From assembly GCA_965261595.1 (NCBI GenBank), contig CBDHDG010000007.1:224001-288000 (forward strand): a stretch of DNA of 64,000 nt, in the 5' to 3' direction. The notes under the pieces were generated by a model that ran no database searches, was not told where the DNA came from, and saw only the letters and a program-made list of their open reading frames with translations. Position 1 is the stretch's first letter; each line of letters opens with the position of its first letter. Of the stretch, positions 29,480 through 39,796 are shown one piece after another. The position numbers and the translations under genes were made by a program. This DNA comes from a bacterium. Its GTDB lineage: Bacteria > UBA8248 > JACPRG01 > G963555815.

Positions 29480-30772
29480 ATGGTCGGCGGCGTCATGTTG
29501 CTCGTGATGTTGATCCTGCTGGCGGCCGGCGTGCCCGTTGTCTTCAGCATCGGTCTGGCGGCGGTCGGCGGGATCCTGGTCATCGGTCCGGGCGCCCCCT
29601 GGATCATGATCCCCAACAGCATGTTCAACGGGATGGACTCATTCCCGCTAATGGCGGTTCCGTTCTTCGTCCTGGCCGGCGAGCTCATGAATCGCGGGGG
29701 GATCACCCTGCGCCTGGTCCGGTTCGCCGGCGCGATCGTCGGCCGCATCCGGGGCGGGCTCGCCCATGCCAACATTGTCTCCAGCATGCTCTTCGCCGGG
29801 ATCACGGGCTCCGCCCTGGCCGACACGGCGGCCATCGGGTCCATCCTCATCCCCGCCATGAAAGAAGAGGGCTACGAGGCCGACTTCAGCGCGGCCGTGA
29901 CGGCCTCCTCCTCGCTCATCGGACCCATCATCCCCCCCAGCATCACGATGGTGATCTTGGGGGTCACCGCGGGCGTCTCCATCGGCGGGCTCTTCCTGGC
30001 GGGTGTCCTTCCCGGCATTCTCATCGGGTTCGGTTTGATGGGCGTGGCCTACTTCATCTCGCGGCGGCGCGGCTATGGGGGCCGGACGGAACGAATCACG
30101 GGGAGAGAGTTCCTGACGCGGCTGAAGGAGGCCCTGCTGGCGCTTTTGATGCCGGTGATCATTCTGGGCGGGATCTTCGGCGGGATCATGACGCCCACCG
30201 AGTCGGCGGCGGTGGCGGCGCTTTACGCCTTGCTCGTGGGAATGTTCGTCTTTCGGGAGCTGAAGGTCCAGGACTTGGGGGGAATTTTCCTTCGAAGCGG
30301 TCTCGTGACCGCCTTCATCATGCTCATCGTCGGCGTGGCCAGGATATTTTCCGACCTGTTGGCGTCCGAGCAGATCCCGCAGCAGCTCTCTCAGTCTCTC
30401 CTGTCCTTGACGCAAAGCCCGTGGCTGATCCTGCTTCTGATCAACGTCTTCCTGCTGTTCGTGGGCGCTGTCATGGACACGAGCGCGGCCATCATCATCC
30501 TGGTCCCCGTCCTGTTTCCCGTCGCCGTGAGTATCGGCGTGGATCCCCTGACTTTCGGGATCATCATGAGCATCAACCTGATCATCGGATTGGCGACGCC
30601 CCCGTTGGGGGTCTGTCTGTTCGTCGCGGCAGGGATTGCGAAGATCAGCGTGGAGCGGCTCGTTCTGGCCATCTGGCCGTTTCTCCTGGTCGAGATCGGC
30701 GTCCTCATTCTGATTACGTACGTTCCCGGCTTGGCGATGGCCGTGCCGAGGTTCTTCGGCTATGTCCCGTGA
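29480..30772 (+). CDS. TRAP transporter large permease (DctM)
   Basis: AVPFFVLAGELM, GPIIPPS, TPTES and TPPLG motifs. Confidence 0.94.
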   Translation: MVGGVMLLVMLILLAAGVPVVFSIGLAAVGGILVIGPGAPWIMIPNSMFNGMDSFPLMAVPFFVLAGELMNRGGITLRLVRFAGAIVGRIRGGLAHANIVSSMLFAGITGSALADTAAIGSILIPAMKEEGYEADFSAAVTASSSLIGPIIPPSITMVILGVTAGVSIGGLFLAGVLPGILIGFGLMGVAYFISRRRGYGGRTERITGREFLTRLKEALLALLMPVIILGGIFGGIMTPTESAAVAALYALLVGMFVFRELKVQDLGGIFLRSGLVTAFIMLIVGVARIFSDLLASEQIPQQLSQSLLSLTQSPWLILLLINVFLLFVGAVMDTSAAIIILVPVLFPVAVSIGVDPLTFGIIMSINLIIGLATPPLGVCLFVAAGIAKISVERLVLAIWPFLLVEIGVLILITYVPGLAMAVPRFFGYVP

Positions 30773-30812
30773 CCGCCCAAGATAAAACCCCGCAATCCGG
30801 GAGCCCCTGAAC

Positions 30813-31973
30813 ATGACGCAAGCATTTGAGCTGCCGTTCCCGCTGGAAGAGTATCGGAACCGTCTCGGGAGGGTTCAGTCCGAGATGGCGTCCCGAGGCC
30901 TGGATCTGATGATGGTCCATACGCTGGAGAACACGTATTACCTGTCCGGGTATCGGACCATCGGTTACTACTCCTACATGGCCTTTCTCGTGCCGCCCGA
31001 GGGCGATCCCGTCCATCTGTCGCGCCTGATCGAAAAAAGCCCGCTTCAGGGAAGCTCCTGGGTTCCGCACTTGGAGTTCTATCCCGACACCGAGCATTAT
31101 CTCGACGCCACCCTCCGGGTGCTTCGCGAGCGGGGTTGGGACCGCGGGCGCATCGGGATCGACAAAAGCGCTTGGTATCTGACGATTGCCGATTACGAGG
31201 CCTTGAAGGACCGGCTGCCCGACGTGGAGTGGGTGGACACCTCGCTGCTGATCGAGGACATGCGCCTCATCAAGTCCCCGGCCGAACAGGAATACAGCCG
31301 GCGGGCGGGCCGGGCCGCTTCCACCGGCATGCGGCACGCCCTGGCCGCGCTCCGGGGCGGCGTGACGGAGGACGACCTGATGGCGGCGGCCTACCAGGGC
31401 CTCTTCAGCAAAGGGAGCGAATACCCGGGCCTCCCGCCCCTCATCAACGCGGGCGTCCGCCACACCATGGCGCACGCCATGGCCGAAGGGAACCCCGTGA
31501 GAGCGGGCAACGCGGTGTACTTCGAGGTGGGGGCCAGCATCAAGCGGTATCACGCCGCCACGATGCGCATCGGGTTCATCGGGAACCCGCCGAAACTCTT
31601 CTACGACCTGTTCGACTTGTGCCGCCGCTCGCTGGACGCGGGGCTGGCCAAGATGAAGCCCGGCGTTCCGGCCGAGGAGGTGGACCACGCGGCCCGCAAG
31701 GTCATCGACGACGCCGGGTACGGCGACAAGTTCAGGCACAAGGCAGGCTATTCCATCGGGATCGCGCTTCCGCCGGACTGGAGCGAGGCGCGGACGATGA
31801 TGCTCCGCGGCGGCGAGAAGCGCACCCTCCAGCCGGGAATGGTTTTTCATCTCCTCCCGGCGGTCTTCGAGTACAAAGAGTACGGTGTGGGCCTCAGCGA
31901 GACCGTCTTGATCACGGATGACGGACACGAAATCCTGACCGATTGCGTGCCGGAACTTCACGTCGTGAAGTGA
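30813..31973 (+). CDS. M24-fold hydrolase, ectoine hydrolase EutD/DoeA- or creatinase-like
   Basis: FPLEEYRNRL N-terminus; RLIKSPAE, KRYHA, GYSIG, PPDW, GMVFH and SETVLIT motifs. Confidence 0.8.
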   Translation: MTQAFELPFPLEEYRNRLGRVQSEMASRGLDLMMVHTLENTYYLSGYRTIGYYSYMAFLVPPEGDPVHLSRLIEKSPLQGSSWVPHLEFYPDTEHYLDATLRVLRERGWDRGRIGIDKSAWYLTIADYEALKDRLPDVEWVDTSLLIEDMRLIKSPAEQEYSRRAGRAASTGMRHALAALRGGVTEDDLMAAAYQGLFSKGSEYPGLPPLINAGVRHTMAHAMAEGNPVRAGNAVYFEVGASIKRYHAATMRIGFIGNPPKLFYDLFDLCRRSLDAGLAKMKPGVPAEEVDHAARKVIDDAGYGDKFRHKAGYSIGIALPPDWSEARTMMLRGGEKRTLQPGMVFHLLPAVFEYKEYGVGLSETVLITDDGHEILTDCVPELHVVK

Positions 31974-32090
31974 AAGCCATTTTGCCTATCACTCAAATCG
32001 GCGGAATCGCGGTGCGGACGCGGGGGGGGAGAGGGGGAAGACGATGTCTAATTACGTTTCACCCATTGGCAAAATGGGCGCGGGACCCGG

Positions 32091-32780
32091 TTAGCCATCG
32101 GAAATGAGGCTGGAAAGAAAGTCCGCGGCAAGCCGCAACGCCCGCGCCCGGTGGCTGATCCGGTTCTTTTCCTCAGGAGGAATTTCGGCCAGCGTACGCC
32201 TTCCCGGCCGGCCCTCTTCCTCCGGCAGAAAGATGGGGTCGTAACCGAATCCCTCGACGCCGGACTCCTTTTCCGAGATGAATCCTGCCAGAGCAGCCTC
32301 AAAAACACACATCGCCCCGACCTCCCGCCCCTGACCCAGCCTACATACGGCGACGGCGCAATGGAAGCGGGCCGTTCGCTCGCCGGGTTGAACCTCTTTC
32401 AGGGCTTCGATGATCCGCCGGTTTTTTTGGGATTGCGGGATCTCGCCCAGCCACCTCGCGGAATGGATGCCCGGCGCGCCCGAGAGGGCGTCCACCTCCA
32501 GCCCCGAATCATCCGCCAACGCAATCAGACCCGTTTCCCGGGCCGCCGCGCGGGCCTTCGCCTCGGCGTTCTCCGCGTACGTGTTTCCTGATTCATCCGG
32601 GATGACAACGCCGGGGAAGTCGAGGATAGAGACAAGCGGGTTGGGTCTTTCCCGATCGGGGGAAACTCCGAAAGGCGGGCCCAGGAGGTCCGAGAGGATC
32701 TCTCCCATTTCCCGGATTTTGTGTCTGTTTTGCGTGGCGAGAAGGAGGGCGGGCCGCTTCGCGTCGAATGATCGGCTCAA
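32091..32780 (-). CDS. rdgB: Non-canonical purine NTP pyrophosphatase (RdgB/Ham1)
   Basis: [26 protein letters not shown] and SHR motifs; probable TTG start overlapping the rph stop. Confidence 0.93.
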   Translation of the reverse strand: MSRSFDAKRPALLLATQNRHKIREMGEILSDLLGPPFGVSPDRERPNPLVSILDFPGVVIPDESGNTYAENAEAKARAAARETGLIALADDSGLEVDALSGAPGIHSARWLGEIPQSQKNRRIIEALKEVQPGERTARFHCAVAVCRLGQGREVGAMCVFEAALAGFISEKESGVEGFGYDPIFLPEEEGRPGRRTLAEIPPEEKNRISHRARALRLAADFLSSLISDG

Positions 32781-33535
32781 GCCCTTCCGGTTCCTTTGGA
32801 ATTTTCCCTCAGGGTCCGGGCCTGGAGACGGGTCAGGCTGCGGATGCCCTTTTCGGCGAGCTTGAAGAGTCGGTCGAGCTCTTCGGGAGAAAATGGGGCG
32901 CCCTCGGCCGTCCCCTGGATTTCGATAATTCCGCCCCGGCCGGTCATGACAACGTTTATGTCGACTTCGGCGGCCGAATCTTCCACGTAATCCAGGTCGA
33001 GCAGGACCCGCCCGTTTACAACACCGACGCTGGTTGCGGCCACGCTGTCCTGAAGCACACCGTCGGGGACCTCCCCGGCTTCGGTGAGCTTTTTGATCGC
33101 CTGCGCGAGCGCCAGGTAAGCGCCCGTGATGGACGCCGTGCGGGTTCCCCCGTCCGCTTGAATCACGTCGCAGTCCAGGATCACCGTGCGCCCGCCCAAG
33201 GCGCCCCGGTCCACGACCGCGCGCAGGGAACGGCCGATCAAGCGCTGGATTTCCTGGGTCCGCCCGGACTGCTTCCCCCGGACCGCCTCCCGCGGAATCC
33301 GCCGGCCCGCGGACCGGGGGAGCATCGCATACTCGGCGGTCACCCAGCCCTCCTCTTTCCCCTTCAACCAAGCGGGGACTCCCGGCTCGACCGTAGCGGC
33401 GCAGAGGACCCGCGTGCCGCCCACGGTGATTTCAACGGATCCTTCCGCATACGGGATCGGGTCAACCTCGATCCGAACCGGCCGCATCTCTCCGGGACGC
33501 CGTCCGTCCGCTCTGCGGGTTGATTGCCTGGGCAT
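32777..33535 (-). CDS. rph: Ribonuclease PH
   Basis: [22 protein letters not shown] and [12 protein letters not shown] motifs. Confidence 0.97.
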   Translation of the reverse strand: MPRQSTRRADGRRPGEMRPVRIEVDPIPYAEGSVEITVGGTRVLCAATVEPGVPAWLKGKEEGWVTAEYAMLPRSAGRRIPREAVRGKQSGRTQEIQRLIGRSLRAVVDRGALGGRTVILDCDVIQADGGTRTASITGAYLALAQAIKKLTEAGEVPDGVLQDSVAATSVGVVNGRVLLDLDYVEDSAAEVDINVVMTGRGGIIEIQGTAEGAPFSPEELDRLFKLAEKGIRSLTRLQARTLRENSKGTGRA

Positions 33536-33553
33536 AAAGACTCCTTAGGAAAT

Positions 33554-34231
33554 TCAGGGTTTCGCCGGCTGTCGCGGTGAAAGGGAACGCACCTCCTCGG
33601 CGACAGGCATGGCGCGTGCGTCCAGCCGGGTGAGGGGCCTTCGAATGTCTACGTGTCCGGCCAGCGTTTCCACGGTCTTTCCTTCCATCAAAAAGGCCAC
33701 CTTCCGGATGGATTCAAAGTTCACGGTCAATGTCTGAACGACCGAGGCCACCGTCGCGACTTCCGCCCACACCCCCCCCGGGTGGTCCGTGGAAATTTCC
33801 TTGCTGAAGTCCACGTAAACCGTTCCTTGGCCATCCAGGAAGATTTCCAGAACCCTGGTAGAGCGTGGAAGGGTCTCCCCAAGCCCTGTCCGAGAGCCCT
33901 CGATCAACGCTTCCAAGAGTTGCCGAATGGACGCGCGAAGCGTGGAAGGGCGGGGGAGGACTCGCGGCTCGGGACGCAGACCCCTTCCATCGGGCTCCGC
34001 GAACATGAGGGCGAAGCGCTTTCGATTTGACGGAACATTCCCGGTTCCCGGGGTGGGTGCGGGAAGCGGCGAACCCGGCGATCGCGCGGAAGCGGAAGGC
34101 TCACCGGCCGGGCGGGCGGGGGAGTCGGGGGGCTGCGCCTTGTCGGGCACGGCTCTAAATCGCTCGGCATTGAAAAACAGGACACCCGCTCCGATGCCCA
34201 AGACGACCAGAACCGGCAAGAACCAACGCAA
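33554..34231 (-). CDS. GerMN-domain protein
   Basis: N-terminal anchor, Pro-rich linker, VYVDFS...HPGG...ETLAGHVD. Confidence 0.85.
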   Translation of the reverse strand: MRWFLPVLVVLGIGAGVLFFNAERFRAVPDKAQPPDSPARPAGEPSASARSPGSPLPAPTPGTGNVPSNRKRFALMFAEPDGRGLRPEPRVLPRPSTLRASIRQLLEALIEGSRTGLGETLPRSTRVLEIFLDGQGTVYVDFSKEISTDHPGGVWAEVATVASVVQTLTVNFESIRKVAFLMEGKTVETLAGHVDIRRPLTRLDARAMPVAEEVRSLSPRQPAKP

Positions 34232-34262
34232 CGACCAGGCCCCTCCCCTCTTCCTCGAGTGT

Positions 34263-35174
34263 TCAGCTGGAGGCGTCCTGTCCCCCGATGAAATTCATCA
34301 AAGCCTTGAACAAGCTCCGCGACACCTTGACCAGGAAGTCGTCGTTTTCCAGGAGCGATTCTTCCCGGGGATTTTTGAGATGGGCGATGCTGACGAGGAC
34401 CGCCGGCATCTGCGCCCCTTTCAAGACCAGGAGCTGTGCCTCTTGCACCGATGTTCCTCTCAATTCCGTTTCCCGTTTCAAGGCGTCAACAATCAGCCGG
34501 GCGAATCTTCCGCTGTCGCTCAGGTGGGGCGATTGCGCGACGTCCCAGCGTATGGCTTTCAACCCAACCACTTCCGCCGGTGACAGCTTGCCGGTCCCCA
34601 TCGCGCCGGCGGGCCCCAGGATGAACACCCGAAACCCTTCATCTTCCCGGCGGAAGGACCCTTCGGCATGGAGGCTGATCAGGAGTTGGCCTTTCGAGTG
34701 GTTGGCGATGGCCGTGCGCTCAAGCAGCGGCAGGGTGTAGTCAGCCGTGCGGGTCAGGACCACTCGAATCCCCGTTCGCCCTCGAATCAGGACGCTCAAC
34801 TTGCGAGCCACGGTGAAAACGACATCTTTCTCAAGCAGGCCGCCGGCGCCACGGATGCCATTGTCCCGTCCCCCATGTCCCGGGTCGATAACAATCGTGT
34901 GCAAAGGCGCGGCGGGCGTCCGGCGAGAAGGTTTGGCGATACCCTCTTCGCGGACCGAGTCCCCTCGCGGGGGCTTCCGCGGCGCAACGGAACCCTCCGC
35001 GGGCGGGCGCTCGGGAGCTTGGGCGATTCCAATTTCGGGAGCGGGCCAAAAGGCGGCCAGGACAAGGAAGAGGCTGAAGATGTCGAGCCGGATCTTTGCA
35101 TGCCTATGCGGAGCCCGGCCGCTACGCGCCGCCCTTTGCGTCTTCGCCATGCCGGATTTCAGATCAGGACTCAC
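34263..35174 (-). CDS. N-acetylmuramoyl-L-alanine amidase (Amidase_3) homologue
   Basis: IDPGHGGRD, EKD, LTR, ISLHA and VLKGAQMPAVLV motifs. Start uncertain. Confidence 0.88.
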   Translation of the reverse strand: MSPDLKSGMAKTQRAARSGRAPHRHAKIRLDIFSLFLVLAAFWPAPEIGIAQAPERPPAEGSVAPRKPPRGDSVREEGIAKPSRRTPAAPLHTIVIDPGHGGRDNGIRGAGGLLEKDVVFTVARKLSVLIRGRTGIRVVLTRTADYTLPLLERTAIANHSKGQLLISLHAEGSFRREDEGFRVFILGPAGAMGTGKLSPAEVVGLKAIRWDVAQSPHLSDSGRFARLIVDALKRETELRGTSVQEAQLLVLKGAQMPAVLVSIAHLKNPREESLLENDDFLVKVSRSLFKALMNFIGGQDASS

Positions 35175-35438
35175 TTCTCAACCGTTCGGACACCGGGGAG
35201 ATCTATCCTTTTTCTTCATTGCAAACTATCGAGTTGCGGTTTATCCTCACTTTGTGCTAATCCAGGTCGGGTGTTCAAGTGTTGCCGTTCAGACCCCGCG
35301 GAGACTGTAAATAGCCCCGAAACCCGAAAGACGCCAGGCCACCCAATGTATCATAAAGCCCAAGCGCTGTGTGCCAGAATCATCCGGTGTTGGGGGTCTT
35401 TCCGGGCTTGTTTTGGGACTTGGATGGAGGAGCGCGAA

Positions 35439-35882
35439 ATGACAGGGCTGTTCCGGACGTTGGCGGCCGTGTCCGTCGCTTTAATCCTGGCTGGGTGTCC
35501 AGCGGCCCTTGGTCCGAAAAAAAGCACGGAGCCGCTCGCTCCTCAATACCATTTCGAGGACGTCCCGGTCCATCCCAAGCTGAAGATCGATTCAAGAGAA
35601 TCATTCATTTTCGAGACCCGGAGCCTCAAGGCCGGAATCCTGGTTTACCACGGGAGCGACTCGGTCACGGAAGTCGTGGAATTCTTTAAAGCGGAAATGC
35701 CCAAACATGCCTGGAGGTTGATCAACGCGATTGAGGCCAAAGGGATTGTTTTGATGAATTTCGACAAAGAGGGCTGGAGCGCCCTAATCCGCGTGAGCAG
35801 CAGCACGTTGACCACGGATGTAGAGATCACCATTGGCCCCAAAGATGAGGCCGCCCCGGTCCCGCGCCCCCCGGGAAAATAG
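35439..35882 (+). CDS. Hypothetical lipoprotein
   Basis: GGAGGA RBS; signal peptide with lipobox LAGC. Confidence 0.75.
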   Translation: MTGLFRTLAAVSVALILAGCPAALGPKKSTEPLAPQYHFEDVPVHPKLKIDSRESFIFETRSLKAGILVYHGSDSVTEVVEFFKAEMPKHAWRLINAIEAKGIVLMNFDKEGWSALIRVSSSTLTTDVEITIGPKDEAAPVPRPPGK

Positions 35883-35928
35883 AACCCGCTCAAATTCCCG
35901 CCACCAGATGGAAAGCGGAGAATTCAAA

Positions 35929-36186
35929 ATGTGGGAATTCGAGAAGGATTGGGCATTGCTCCTGAGCATCGTTCCAGGGCAAATGGAGGCGGCGATTCTT
36001 CGATCGCGGTTGGAAAGCGAAGGGATCCCCGTGGCCCTGCGCTACGAGTCGGTGGGTTCCCTGTACGGGATCACGTCCAACGAGTTGGGAGAGGTGCGCG
36101 TCTTCGTCCCCAAGGAATTTCTCGATTCAGCGCGTTGCTTGCTCTCTCTGGAAGAGCGCCCCGACTCCAGGGAAGAGGCCGCTTGA
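35929..36186 (+). CDS. Small DUF2007-like (putative signal-transducing) protein
   Basis: EAAILRSRLESEGIP...VRVFV pattern; GGAG RBS. Confidence 0.7.
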   Translation: MWEFEKDWALLLSIVPGQMEAAILRSRLESEGIPVALRYESVGSLYGITSNELGEVRVFVPKEFLDSARCLLSLEERPDSREEAA

Positions 36187-36431
36187 TGCGTCCTCCTCAA
36201 GTCCACCCCGCAAAGCCGGCCTCTGGTTAGAATACGGGACTCCGTTCGCTTGGCCGCCGTTCCCGGCGGTTTGAAGCGGACCGCCCCCTTTGTCCTGCTT
36301 ACGCATCATCCCGCGGAGGGGGGGAGGGGGAGGGGATTTTCCTCGATCGAAAAACGGACGTTTCAGGGACTCTGGAGGGGTTTGTGGGCGGCGGAGCCTG
36401 AGGGAACGCGATTATCAATGGATGGGATAAC

Positions 36432-36992
36432 ATGGCAACCGAACAAGATCGCGAAACGCTGCGCAGGATTCTCAAGGAAAAGGCCTTCGAAAAACGGGAG
36501 GTCGTACTGACCTCCGGCCAGAAGAGCGATTGGTACATTGATGGAAAACAGGCGACGCTGAATCCCCTGGGCTTGGTGCTCGTGGGAGAGTTGATCTTTG
36601 ATCGATTGAAAGGGGGCGGGATCGAAGCCGTGGGCGGACCGACCATGGGCGCCGATCCTTTGGTGACGGCGACGGCGCTGATCAGCCAGCAGCGGGGCGA
36701 GCCGATGCCCGCTTTCATCGTCCGTAAAGAACCCAAGTTTCATGGGACGAGCGCCTGGATCGAGGGGAAAAACAACCTTCGGGAAGGGATGAAGGTGGCA
36801 ATCCTGGAAGACGTCATGACAACGGGCGGCTCCATTCTTCATGCCATTCTCAGGGCGGAGGCGGAGGGACTGGTGGTTGTCCGGGTCCTGGTCGTTGTAG
36901 ACCGGTGCGAGGGGGGAAAGGAAAAGCTGGCCGAGGCCGGCTACGAGTTGGAATCCCTCTACGACCGGGAAGACATGATGAACGAATCTTGA
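36432..36992 (+). CDS. pyrE: Orotate phosphoribosyltransferase
   Basis: LTSGQKSDWYID, VRKEPKFHG and EDVMTTGGS (PRPP loop) motifs. Confidence 0.95.
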   Translation: MATEQDRETLRRILKEKAFEKREVVLTSGQKSDWYIDGKQATLNPLGLVLVGELIFDRLKGGGIEAVGGPTMGADPLVTATALISQQRGEPMPAFIVRKEPKFHGTSAWIEGKNNLREGMKVAILEDVMTTGGSILHAILRAEAEGLVVVRVLVVVDRCEGGKEKLAEAGYELESLYDREDMMNES

Positions 36993-37257
36993 CGCCTCCG
37001 CCCCTTCGACGAATGGACGGGCGAATCCCTGTCAAGCAACCGCCGTCTGGTCGCTGAATTCCAATGCATGCCTGTATCTCACTGAGATAGACAAAGCGTT
37101 CCGAGAAGACATTCAGCCGGCCGTCGGGTTCGGTCCGGCCCAAATCCGGGGAGGCGGCGGGCATTCTCCGTTCACCCTGAAACGGCCGGAGATCGCGGGA
37201 TGAGGCCGGTTCAGGTTCACCCGGCCGGATGAGCTCGCGTCTCGGGGATCTTTTGTC

Positions 37258-38397
37258 ATGCGCCACACCTTTCTCTTCACCGCCTGGCTCATGTGGCTTC
37301 TGTCGCACGCCTCGCGGATGGCCCTGGCCCCCGTCCTTCCGCTCATCGAGGATGACCTGGGGATCTCTCACGCCCAGGCCGGTCAAATCTTTGTCTTTCT
37401 TTCCATTGGATATTGCGGCGCGCTCTTCAGCGTCCCATTTTGGAGCCGGCTCCTCGGGTATCGGCGGACGCTGCAAGTCAGTCTGATCACGCTGACCATC
37501 GTGCTCTTCCTGATGCGTTGGGCGAACGGGGAGGCCACCATATCAACGCTCGCGTTTTTCATCGGCCTGGCTTCGGGGACGATCCTGCCATCGGCCATCC
37601 CCCTCATCACAGCCGCGTACGGTCGGGAGGTTTGGGGAAAGAGCATCGCCATCTTCGATTCGGCGGCCCCATCGGGTCAATTCCTCGCGCCGGTCCTCGC
37701 CGTTGTCATGCTGGCGATGTTCCCGTGGCGCTACATGTTCTGGGCGATGTCGGCCCTGTCTGTTTTGGTCCTGTGGATATTTCTGCGGACCGCCCCCACG
37801 GAAGAACCCAAGGCCGAGCGGGCGGGCGGGAGCATCATGGCCGTTATCCGCAACCGCAGCCTGGTCACGTTGGGATGCCTCTGGGTCCTGGCCTCCGGGG
37901 CGGCGCTCGGCGCGGCCTTTCTCATCCCGGTCTATCTGGTGAAGGAGCGGGGCCTGGAGCTGAGCGTGGCGAACCAGGTATTCGCGGCCGGTCGGGGAAT
38001 CGCCATCCCCTGCGCGGTGGCCGCGGGCTTGCTGACCGATAGGTTTCCCTGCCGGACTATCCTGGGTTGGGTCCTCGCCCTGGCGGGCGTCTCCCTGATC
38101 GGCGTCGCCCTTTGGCCGGGAAACGTCGGAGTGGGGGTTTGGGTCATCATCGAGGGGGGAGTGGTCAACATGTTCTTCCCGGTGGGCCTGATCCTCATCG
38201 CCCGGGTCACGGCGTCGGGCGTCCGGGGCGCGGCCACCGGGATCGTCATCGGCGCGGGAGCCGGATTCGGGATCGGTGTGACGCCGTGGCTCCTGGGAGC
38301 GGCGGCCGACGCATGGAGCTTTCAGGCGGGCATCTCCGTGTTGGGCGCCATGGTCATGCTGTCCAGCCTGTGCGTCCTGCGCATCGAGCGGGTATAA
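37258..38397 (+). CDS. MFS transporter (paralogue 1)
   Basis: 379 aa, about 12 hydrophobic segments, APVLPLIEDDLGISHAQAG. Confidence 0.9.
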   Translation: MRHTFLFTAWLMWLLSHASRMALAPVLPLIEDDLGISHAQAGQIFVFLSIGYCGALFSVPFWSRLLGYRRTLQVSLITLTIVLFLMRWANGEATISTLAFFIGLASGTILPSAIPLITAAYGREVWGKSIAIFDSAAPSGQFLAPVLAVVMLAMFPWRYMFWAMSALSVLVLWIFLRTAPTEEPKAERAGGSIMAVIRNRSLVTLGCLWVLASGAALGAAFLIPVYLVKERGLELSVANQVFAAGRGIAIPCAVAAGLLTDRFPCRTILGWVLALAGVSLIGVALWPGNVGVGVWVIIEGGVVNMFFPVGLILIARVTASGVRGAATGIVIGAGAGFGIGVTPWLLGAAADAWSFQAGISVLGAMVMLSSLCVLRIERV

Positions 38398-38509
38398 GGA
38401 AGCCCGGAAGAAGGCTCCCTTGGATTTCGTCTCTTGACCCCAACCCGGCGGCCGGAGACTTGCCGACCGAGCGCACCCTTACGGACCTCACCGACTTGCG
38501 GGTTTTCTG

Positions 38510-39649
38510 ATGCGTCCCTCGTTTCTCATCACCGCGTGGCTCTTGTGGTTCGTGGCCCATGCCTCGCGGATGGTCATCCCCCCGGTCCTCCCCCTCATTA
38601 AGGAGGAACTGGGGATCTCGCACGCACAGGCCGGGCAAATCTTCACCTATTTGACCCTGGGATACTGCGGAGCGCTCCTCACCGTTCCGTTCTGGAGCCG
38701 GGTCCCGGGATACCGCCGGACGCTGAAAATCTCGCTGGCCGGCCTGACCCTCACCCTTTTCCTGATGCGATGGGCGACCGGTCTGAGGGCGATATCGGCA
38801 TTCGCGTTTTGCATCGGCCTGGCGACGGGAACCATCCTTCCATCGGCCATCCCTCTGATCACAACGGCTTACGGGAAGGAGCAATGGACCCAGAGCCTCT
38901 CCATCTTCAACTCCGCCGCTCCGACCGGCCAGTTCTTCGCGCCGATGCTCGCCATCGCCGTTTTGTCCATGCTCCCTTGGCGCTACCTGTTTTGGGCGAT
39001 GGCGGCGATTTCAGCCTTCGTCATGCTGATGTTCCAGAGATCCGCCCCGGTTGAAGATCCCCCCGCGGGCAAGCCGCAAGGGAGTATCGCGGCGGTGATC
39101 CGGGATCCCAACATGATCACGTTGGGCATCCTGTGGACACTGGCTTCGGCGGCCGGAGCCGGTCTGGGATTTCTTACGCCGGTCTATCTGGTCGAGGAAA
39201 GGGGTATGGACCTGGCCGTTGCCAACCCGATCTTCGCCGCGGGACGCGGGGCCAACATAATCGGCGCCATCTATGCCGGCTATTTGACGGAACGCTTCAC
39301 CTGTCGCAGCCTTCTGGGTTGGATCATGGCCCTCACCGGGGTTGCACAAATCGGGATCGCCCTCTGGCCGGAGAACATCGGTGTGAGCGTCTGGGTTTTC
39401 CTGGAATCGTTTATCAACCTGATGTTCTTCCCGGTGGGGTTTATCCTCATAGCCCGGATAACGGCGGAAAGCGTCCGGGGGGCGGCTGTAGGACTGGTCA
39501 TCGGTGTGGGAACAGCGCTGGGTTTCGGGGTGACGCCTTGGGTGCTGGGCGCCATCGCGGACGTGTACAGCTTTCAGGCGGGCATCGCCGGTTTGGGGGT
39601 GATCACGGTGCTTTCCAGTCTGGCTGTTCTGAGGCTCGATCCGCTTTGA
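38510..39649 (+). CDS. MFS transporter (paralogue 2)
   Basis: 379 aa, colinear with the preceding gene. Confidence 0.9.
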   Translation: MRPSFLITAWLLWFVAHASRMVIPPVLPLIKEELGISHAQAGQIFTYLTLGYCGALLTVPFWSRVPGYRRTLKISLAGLTLTLFLMRWATGLRAISAFAFCIGLATGTILPSAIPLITTAYGKEQWTQSLSIFNSAAPTGQFFAPMLAIAVLSMLPWRYLFWAMAAISAFVMLMFQRSAPVEDPPAGKPQGSIAAVIRDPNMITLGILWTLASAAGAGLGFLTPVYLVEERGMDLAVANPIFAAGRGANIIGAIYAGYLTERFTCRSLLGWIMALTGVAQIGIALWPENIGVSVWVFLESFINLMFFPVGFILIARITAESVRGAAVGLVIGVGTALGFGVTPWVLGAIADVYSFQAGIAGLGVITVLSSLAVLRLDPL

Positions 39650-39796
39650 GGGCCGGGGCGGTGTATGCTAAGGGTGTGGCTTGCGAAATCCCGGAATCGA
39701 TTGATGGGTTTCCTTCCGCCGAAGTAAAATTCCGGCGATTGCGGCTGGATTCTCCGTCTCGACCAACGGGCGGGATGAAAACATTAAGGAGACGCA

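Noticed and set aside
32781..33371. N-terminal 200-aa extension of RdgB in the ORF track
   Set aside because: It overlaps rph in another frame; the real start is most likely the TTG at 32780.
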